Below, piece after piece: positions 57,608-64,000 of a stretch of DNA of 64,000 bases. Below the pieces are notes generated by a model that saw nothing but the letters and a program-made list of their open reading frames with translations, searched no databases and was not told the DNA's origin. Positions within the stretch are counted from its first letter, which is position 1, and each line of letters begins with the position of its first letter. Origin of the DNA: a virus (taxonomy: Duplodnaviria > Caudoviricetes); the IMG/VR virus record IMGVR_UViG_3300021254_000020, positions 128,001-192,000 of that record; one strand, written 5' to 3'. Position numbers and translations under genes: made by a program.

Positions 57608-57954
57608 AAGTTCTTTAATACCTCCTTGAGTCCATGAACCTTTCTCTTATGTTCAGACTGTTCTACATCTACAGATGCACCGATAAGAGCTTTCTTAAGT
57701 TTCTCTTTTCTTTGAGGTGAAAATCTACTCCAGCCCATGATCTTCTTTACCTTTTTAGCAACGTCTTCATACACTCCTACGCCGCTTTTATCAATAATGA
57801 TCTTGAGTCTCATCTCAGTATGTTCACCATCATTGGTCATAAATGAACCATTACTACCAAGAGCAATTCCTTTAGGCCGACTACCATTCTTATGCCCCTG
57901 AGACAATCCAAATTCCGCATTGATGAAATATACATCAGTAATAGTACCTTTCAT
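57604..57954 (-). CDS. hypothetical protein, tandem paralog of 57260-57607
   Basis: see partner. Confidence 0.75.
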   Translation of the reverse strand: MKGTITDVYFINAEFGLSQGHKNGSRPKGIALGSNGSFMTNDGEHTEMRLKIIIDKSGVGVYEDVAKKVKKIMGWSRFSPQRKEKLKKALIGASVDVEQSEHKRKVHGLKEVLKNL

Positions 57955-57958
57955 GATA

Positions 57959-58225
57959 TCATTCCTCTTCTACTACCTTCTTTACATATTCAGAGTATTT
58001 CTTTTTAAACTCATCTTCATTAGGACTGTCAATAGCGATCTTATAAGCCTCAGATTTGGCTAAGAGAAGACATTTCTTATCAAACTTACCAGGTATTCCA
58101 CTCATTGCCAAAATATCTTTTTCATCGAGACCAATAATGAATGGAAGCATTATTACCGTACTGAGTCTTACTAGCTCATCTTTGCTTAATTTACTCAATT
58201 CCCTTTTAAGTGGATGCATATTCAT
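57959..58225 (-). CDS. hypothetical protein, paralog of 6923-7225
   Basis: MHPLK N-terminus. Confidence 0.7.
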   Translation of the reverse strand: MNMHPLKRELSKLSKDELVRLSTVIMLPFIIGLDEKDILAMSGIPGKFDKKCLLLAKSEAYKIAIDSPNEDEFKKKYSEYVKKVVEEE

Positions 58226-58277
58226 TCCTCCATTTAAAAAGGAATGGGACTATATCCCATTCCCATATTTACCCTAA

Positions 58278-58673
58278 TTAAATATTATTCACAAACTCTT
58301 CAACTTCTTCGTCATTCATAGTACGAAGTTTCCATCCATCTGGATGCTCATGGTCAAGTACAGTTGTACCAGAGTCATACACAAACATAACATCAAAACT
58401 GATGCGGTTAGGAATGAAACACCTATTCTTTGGGTGCTGAGTGACTGGCAGCGGGCCATATACGAATATGAGTTCGTTTTCTTCAAGTGGATCGAACCCA
58501 TCATATTCTTCTTCTGTCAGCTCAATCATATCAACCGTTTCTGAATTGATACCTTTGTTTTCTTCCAGGTAGTCTAAAATGCTATTCTGAATCTCGTCAT
58601 GCAGGAAATCATCCATTTCATGTTCGGGATCGTAATTTTTAGCTACCCAAAATACTTTAGTTTCTTTAGCCAT
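58278..58673 (-). CDS. very acidic hypothetical protein
   Basis: early promoter 58737-46; D/E rich. Confidence 0.7.
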   Translation of the reverse strand: MAKETKVFWVAKNYDPEHEMDDFLHDEIQNSILDYLEENKGINSETVDMIELTEEEYDGFDPLEENELIFVYGPLPVTQHPKNRCFIPNRISFDVMFVYDSGTTVLDHEHPDGWKLRTMNDEEVEEFVNNI

Positions 58674-58766
58674 ACTATATACTTCCTTTCGGTTGAGGAC
58701 ATTTACTCACCCCTATGGTGATACCTCATACACCTATATAGTATATAGTTGACAGATCATTTAGTA

Positions 58767-59075
58767 TTAATTATCATCAATCGCATGCTTGAACTCATCA
58801 TATGCAAGATCATCAAGTATTTTCTTGATTTCATGATGATAGACTACTGTACAATAACCATCACGCTCATCGTTCTTATCATTGATCATATCTATCACTT
58901 TCATATACACTTTTCCAATATCAAGTAATTTATAAACATTAGATTCGAACTTATCACAGATTCTAAGTTTACCATTAGAGAATGCGAATCCAACTCTATT
59001 TTCTGTGATATCAATTCCCTCTAATTCAACTCTTGGTACTAGGGCATTCTCACTGTTAGCATATGCGAATTTCAT
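58767..59075 (-). CDS. hypothetical protein
   Basis: AAGGAG RBS. Confidence 0.65.
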   Translation of the reverse strand: MKFAYANSENALVPRVELEGIDITENRVGFAFSNGKLRICDKFESNVYKLLDIGKVYMKVIDMINDKNDERDGYCTVVYHHEIKKILDDLAYDEFKHAIDDN

Positions 59076-59121
59076 ATTCGATCATCTCCTTTAATTAGAT
59101 GATAACAAGGATATATATTTT

Positions 59122-59262
59122 AAATGATGGGTAGACATAATAATAGGTGGAAGACGATGCGTAATCTTGCCAGCGTGTCTGTTGTTTCTCCTATTTCAAT
59201 TTTCATTTCTTAACCCCATCTATTTAAGAGGTAGAGCGTCGCTGCTCTACCTCCTCTCTTTT
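59122..59262 (+). ncRNA. candidate small rod-shaped RNA
   Basis: nested stems with G.U pairs on + strand, promoter-like 59113-22, terminator 59228-53. Confidence 0.45.
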
Positions 59263-59322
59263 CAAAAAAAAAATACAAGCCCCTCAAAGAGAGACTTGTA
59301 TATAGTAGTGATACCTAGGATA

Positions 59323-59490
59323 TTAGAATTCGATTTCTACGATGCGAAGCTGTACCTTATCTCCATATTTAGGACGGTATACTTCTTCAATGTCTTCCTC
59401 TGCCCAATCACGCTCGTCTAACTCGTAGCGAGCGAATGGAACACGATTACCATATTGGTCCTCGATAGCGAGCATGCGTCTCTTAGTCAT
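59323..59490 (-). CDS. 55-aa protein (not in ORF track)
   Basis: AAGGAGG RBS; MTKRRMLAIEDQYGNRVPF...RIVEIEF*. Confidence 0.7.
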   Translation of the reverse strand: MTKRRMLAIEDQYGNRVPFARYELDERDWAEEDIEEVYRPKYGDKVQLRIVEIEF

Positions 59491-59503
59491 TTTGGTTTCC
59501 TCC

Positions 59504-59800
59504 TTATGCTTTGTACACTACGTTGCAAACTGCATCATCCCATACAGGAATATATGCCTTAATGGAACCATCTTTGCTTTCGCAGCAGAGTCCATTTTTA
59601 TCCTTAAAGATGGTATTAAATTGCTGGTTATATTCCTTTTCCAAGTATTCAGCGATGCGATAGATCTGATCCTTCACCCCACCCTCAATAGAATGGCAAT
59701 TGTAGTAGCCATGCATCAGATTCTGTACACCTTTACGGATAACCTTGAAATCAAATTCTACATTAACAAATTCGGATTTTTCATTGATGTAAGTCGACAT
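59504..59800 (-). CDS. hypothetical protein
   Basis: follows cassette copy 2. Confidence 0.7.
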   Translation of the reverse strand: MSTYINEKSEFVNVEFDFKVIRKGVQNLMHGYYNCHSIEGGVKDQIYRIAEYLEKEYNQQFNTIFKDKNGLCCESKDGSIKAYIPVWDDAVCNVVYKA

Positions 59801-59806
59801 AATAAT

Positions 59807-59907
59807 TACCCCTTTCTATAGGTAATATGATAGAGGATCATAGCTATTTTACATATGTATCTATATACATATAACCTCTTATTCACCTCGATAATATACA
59901 ATTGAAA
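59807..59907 (-). repeat. 101-bp promoter-leader-RBS cassette, copy 2
   Basis: 99/101 identical to 36804-36904. Confidence 0.95.
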
Positions 59908-59955
59908 ATAGACACTTTAACGGGAGTAGGCTTATTATAGCCTACTCCCTTTATA

Positions 59956-60801
59956 TTAGAAATATAAATCGTATTTAATTGTCCAAGAAGCTCCTTGTTC
60001 TGATAGTTCTCTATCAGGGAAATTGAGTCTAGTCAATGGGCGAACGTCCTGATAGTATGTGTATCCATCAACCTCACTGGCCCAACCAATCAAAAGAGAT
60101 ATAGTATTGAATACAGCATCATTGATACCACTAGTATTATCAAACCAATCTCTTCCATCTTCTTCATCTACTGTAGCAGTGAGACCTACCTTAACTCTGG
60201 CCCCAAGAGTAGTATGGTCATCATATACACTAGAAGTCCAAGGAGTACCATCATCATATACCTTACTAACAATGGGATCACTATCGAACTTCTTAAAGTA
60301 GTATCCGATATATCCTCTATCATTATAGGTCTTTCTACCATTATAGATGCCTCTTAATGTATCATCAAGATCGTCACCAATTGGCTGATAGCGGAAAGGA
60401 ATAATATCGTTATTAGGAGATATCCATAACTTATTAGATACCTCGTTCTTGATTCTACTACCACGATTACACCCAGACGTACCCATACAGAATCCGAATA
60501 CTGTATATTTCAATCCAAGATCCTCGTCAGAATGTGACTGGGTATTATCAAGATCCATCTGGCTGTTATAAGTAGGTGTAATGAACTTATCTCCTTCTGC
60601 TCTAAATAAATGAAGAGCTATAAACTCACTAGCAGATAGCATAGCTTTATTGAAATCCTCATGTACTATCTTGCCATTCCGTCTATCAATAATCCGTACA
60701 TGGCCTATGGGAGTAAAGTGCTCCCCTTCAGAAATGACTACCTCGTTATTTATCTTTAGTAGTTCACTAAAGGATATCTTATCAGTAAACTTACTGTACA
60801 T
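59956..60801 (-). CDS. probable baseplate/tail structural protein
   Basis: GHVRI.D..G......N, F.MGTSG, C-terminal TRLNF......W.IKY.LYF; start ATG 60801 with AGGAGGAG. Confidence 0.6.
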   Translation of the reverse strand: MYSKFTDKISFSELLKINNEVVISEGEHFTPIGHVRIIDRRNGKIVHEDFNKAMLSASEFIALHLFRAEGDKFITPTYNSQMDLDNTQSHSDEDLGLKYTVFGFCMGTSGCNRGSRIKNEVSNKLWISPNNDIIPFRYQPIGDDLDDTLRGIYNGRKTYNDRGYIGYYFKKFDSDPIVSKVYDDGTPWTSSVYDDHTTLGARVKVGLTATVDEEDGRDWFDNTSGINDAVFNTISLLIGWASEVDGYTYYQDVRPLTRLNFPDRELSEQGASWTIKYDLYF

Positions 60802-63800
60802 CAATAATCTCCTCCTTACCATCAGCATGATGAGTGGTAATTTGACAATCCTCTTTTAACCATCTATTCCCTTGAGAATTCTCTTCTTCGAATTCAGATA
60901 CTTTAGAGGTACAATTAGTATGGACTACCTCTTCTATCTCTATATAGTCTTTGACTTTATTGACTTCCTTAAATGAAGCCTGGTCATAGAAATTGATAAA
61001 ACCATCTTCATTCATGGTTCTATTGCCACTCCCTCCTATGTTGACCTGTTCTCCTCTTTCGTTAAAGATAATCTTATAACTCTTAAAGAACTCAATTATC
61101 TTAACCATGTATTTCAAGATAGCATCAGTGCTGTAACCTGCAAATCCTGAGAATATACTAGATTCTAATTCTCCACTAATATATTCTTCTAGTACATAGC
61201 AAATATCATCTACAGCAGTAGTGATAGCATCTATACGAGTTTCTCTATCAGAGATAGAACGAATCTGAACTAATCTAGAATAGAGTATATCGTCTTTCTC
61301 TTTTAAGAAATCCGTATAGGTTTTAGGAATAGTACCATCATTGAGTCTATAGTATTCTAGATTAAAGTTCCAAGTCATCAGATACTTGTAAATATATTCC
61401 CAGATTAGATATTCCCTGAAATCATTAGATTTCACTATTCTATTTCTAATGTAGTAATATACATCTAGATTATTCTTTAATATAGCCACAAACTCAGATA
61501 GATCTGTAATCTGCTCTGTCGGTACTATAAAGTTCCAGATCTTAAAATACTCTGGATCAAAATGACGTTCTTTAATGAACTCCCTTATCTTGTCTAAATC
61601 GGCTCTGAAATTAAATCCAGATGCAATGATAGGAACTGTAGGTTCCTCTATCTCTACGTCGTCCATATCATTATATGTATACGTGAGACATGTCATGAAA
61701 AGAATGAGATGAGCTACATTAAAAGAATGCACACTACTAAGAGTAGGGATATTTACATTCAAATTTGATTCTAAGAATACATCGTCAAATAGAGCAGCAT
61801 AGAAGTATGCTAATTGAGCACTATATTCGGTGATTTGTATATTCTTTGATACTCCATAATACTTTGTTCTAGAGTAGTTGAAATCAGATTTGTATATCTC
61901 TTTCTTAATAGTATCATAATGGTTCTCTTTATAGTTTAATCCAGCCCACCATCCATCATTATGAACCTGAATATCATAATCTTTCCACCTAGTATTATCT
62001 AATAGGTAATGAGCAGAATAATAATCATGTACTGGTATTTTGCAGAACTTCAGATTAGTGGTATACTCGTAATCTTCTCTATTCTCTTTCCATACATATG
62101 GATATCTCAATAGGTATATGAAATGGAAGGTGAGAGAATCACCAAAGTACCCTTCTTCTAATAGTTCTGGAGGATAACTACTAAAGGTAGTATCTATGAG
62201 ATCTATATTCTTATCTGGGAATAATTGTCTATCTCCATACTCTATGAAGTACGGCCAATTATTTGTAACGTAATTATCAAATGGGAACTTGACCTCATAT
62301 GCCCTCTTACGATCAGATATATCTAGCTTTCTAGTTGTATGAATCAAATTAAAGCTATTTCCATTCTCCACATACCAGTTGGTGTAGATATATAGAATAG
62401 TAATAGTACCATGCTTAGGACTATCAGCAGTATCATCTAATAATCGTAAAGAGAAGTTATCTACTATCTCATACCTAGACTTATCAAGAACAGTACCACC
62501 ATAGATAACTATAAAGTCATGACCAGTCTCCATGTAAGGGAAGAATGGATACATTAGAGGAATTAACTGATCTGCTCCTGCTCCAGTATCTGGAGATTGC
62601 TGAATCGCTACATTAGTTCTATACTCTACATCTCCATTGTACAAGAAGGTTACATTTAGAATATCTCCTATCTTAATATCTCGAGATGTGGTAGTAAGTG
62701 TAACAGTCGCATTAACCTCATTATCATCCCAATCAATCCTATACTCTCCAGGAATTAGAGGATTATTATTAATATCCAAGATAACCGCATTCTTCTTATC
62801 AACATAATTCTTTACAGGAGCTGTGAACTTAAATGTTCTTTGATGATTCTCTGTAGCAGTATCCTCAGTATAATCCATAGATAGACAATAATTATCAGGA
62901 AGAGTTCTATCAGCATTATGATATGCTAATACTACTTTGACAGTATCTGTCTTCTTAATAGCCAATCCAGTGTCCAATATGATTATACTATTATTAGTAC
63001 AGGTATAGGATTCTGGAGGTAACCAAGTATTGAATACATTGAGATATACCTTATAATCACTTCCAACATAATTACTTACTGGGAAGGTGAATGGAAACTC
63101 AATTTGATAGTTCTGAGTCGGTTTGAAGGTATAGATATCGTAGATAATATCCAAGTCTCTAGCACGAGTATTGAGAGAGTAAATGAAGTTAAAGGTTATA
63201 CTCCTGCCTTTACGTACTGTTGTACCATCAATGAACTTGAGATTAGCAGTCCCATCATCATTATAAGTTACTGTATATCTTAATGGATCAATGAATAAGG
63301 TTCCTATATTAACAAAGAAACCATTCCCACTCTTAACGTAGTACTCAAATGGTTCAGGAATTTTAAACTCATCTGCATCATCACTAGGAGACGTAATTAC
63401 TTTTTTATCAAAAGCAGTTCTCATATAATCCGAATGTAGTAAGATTAGAGTAACGTTCCTATGATTTAATTCTACTTCTGGATCTATGATTACTTTGTCT
63501 TCAACTCTATGATATAAGCACTTGGGTAAGAATATACTACCAACTAATACTAGCATATCATCAGTAGATTTGAAGAACTCAGCAGGAACATCTGAATCTA
63601 ATGATAGATCAATAGTATTGTCTGGATAGTAACTGGTGGTATAGGTATACATATTAATGGCATGGAATGTATCTCCATTAAACACATCATTCCTACTATC
63701 ACGATCATAATAGAAATCATACCTAATCTTAGTTCCAGAATCTATGATAGATTTCTTGAATCGAATTATATCATACCCAAGCCTTCTATAATCTACTCCC

Positions 63801-64000
63801 TCAGTAAGTATCCGATTATCTACAGATACTATAGTGATATTGCCTTTCTGAGTATAGTAATGGAATGGATAAGGAATGTATCTATCAACATAGTCATCCC
63901 CAAATACTGGATCATTATCTCCAATTTCTTCCGTATAGTCATCTTCTAATTCCTTATTAAATTCTTGAGCAGATAGAATATTACCAGTAGTATCAAATTC
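60791..64000 (-). CDS. large repeat-containing virion structural protein (5' end beyond window)
   Basis: frame stays open to 64000; about 90-aa repeats F..P.P...Y...G....V......P..Y...F.Y. Confidence 0.75.
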   Translation of the reverse strand, partial: EFDTTGNILSAQEFNKELEDDYTEEIGDNDPVFGDDYVDRYIPYPFHYYTQKGNITIVSVDNRILTEGVDYRRLGYDIIRFKKSIIDSGTKIRYDFYYDRDSRNDVFNGDTFHAINMYTYTTSYYPDNTIDLSLDSDVPAEFFKSTDDMLVLVGSIFLPKCLYHRVEDKVIIDPEVELNHRNVTLILLHSDYMRTAFDKKVITSPSDDADEFKIPEPFEYYVKSGNGFFVNIGTLFIDPLRYTVTYNDDGTANLKFIDGTTVRKGRSITFNFIYSLNTRARDLDIIYDIYTFKPTQNYQIEFPFTFPVSNYVGSDYKVYLNVFNTWLPPESYTCTNNSIIILDTGLAIKKTDTVKVVLAYHNADRTLPDNYCLSMDYTEDTATENHQRTFKFTAPVKNYVDKKNAVILDINNNPLIPGEYRIDWDDNEVNATVTLTTTSRDIKIGDILNVTFLYNGDVEYRTNVAIQQSPDTGAGADQLIPLMYPFFPYMETGHDFIVIYGGTVLDKSRYEIVDNFSLRLLDDTADSPKHGTITILYIYTNWYVENGNSFNLIHTTRKLDISDRKRAYEVKFPFDNYVTNNWPYFIEYGDRQLFPDKNIDLIDTTFSSYPPELLEEGYFGDSLTFHFIYLLRYPYVWKENREDYEYTTNLKFCKIPVHDYYSAHYLLDNTRWKDYDIQVHNDGWWAGLNYKENHYDTIKKEIYKSDFNYSRTKYYGVSKNIQITEYSAQLAYFYAALFDDVFLESNLNVNIPTLSSVHSFNVAHLILFMTCLTYTYNDMDDVEIEEPTVPIIASGFNFRADLDKIREFIKERHFDPEYFKIWNFIVPTEQITDLSEFVAILKNNLDVYYYIRNRIVKSNDFREYLIWEYIYKYLMTWNFNLEYYRLNDGTIPKTYTDFLKEKDDILYSRLVQIRSISDRETRIDAITTAVDDICYVLEEYISGELESSIFSGFAGYSTDAILKYMVKIIEFFKSYKIIFNERGEQVNIGGSGNRTMNEDGFINFYDQASFKEVNKVKDYIEIEEVVHTNCTSKVSEFEEENSQGNRWLKEDCQITTHHADGKEEIIDVQ

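Noticed and set aside
63683-63685. Start of the 964-aa structural gene
   Set aside because: Internal GTG; the frame is open to the window edge.
2904-63949. Short plus-strand ORFs in the track (e.g. 10477-10935, 11735-12340, 38048-38518)
   Set aside because: Antisense shadows of real minus-strand genes with no RBS; only 54408-55679 is a credible plus-strand gene.
1-64000. Stop-codon reassignment
   Set aside because: Long conserved genes are intact in code 11 and end in TAA, TAG and TGA.

Overview
64 kb of an AT-rich, densely coding genome with almost all genes on the minus strand. It belongs to a phiKZ/AR9-type jumbo phage, probably of a Firmicutes host (Gram-positive-style GGAGG RBSs, B12-dependent RNR; host is inference). 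It encodes split multisubunit RNA polymerase subunits (non-virion-type beta-N, beta-C and beta'-N; virion-type beta' and a probable beta-C fragment), SbcC/Rad50, NAD-dependent ligase, RecA/UvsX, a tubulin/FtsZ homolog, GyrA/ParC, class II RNR, a GH73 glucosaminidase, structural proteins, anti-defence candidates (Tad2-like, NADAR) and many small paralogous ORFans. Two promoter families are visible: early-type ATATAYTATA and late-type ACA-N6-TA. Most striking, the beta' gene is split inside its catalytic motif (AD|YDGDC|L) by a 1589-nt group I-core/HNH insertion and a 540-nt ORF-less group II intron, which leave a 16-nt micro-exon between them. The group I insertion lacks canonical U|...G| junctions. 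Both of its ends instead carry a ~30-nt CCTAATT..GG..GAGCCTAAA motif that recurs free-standing elsewhere. A second candidate system is a coiled-coil protein gene whose leader motif is repeated about 6 times in a downstream structured non-coding region that also contains an atypical tRNA. All family assignments come from motif recognition by eye; no searches were run.
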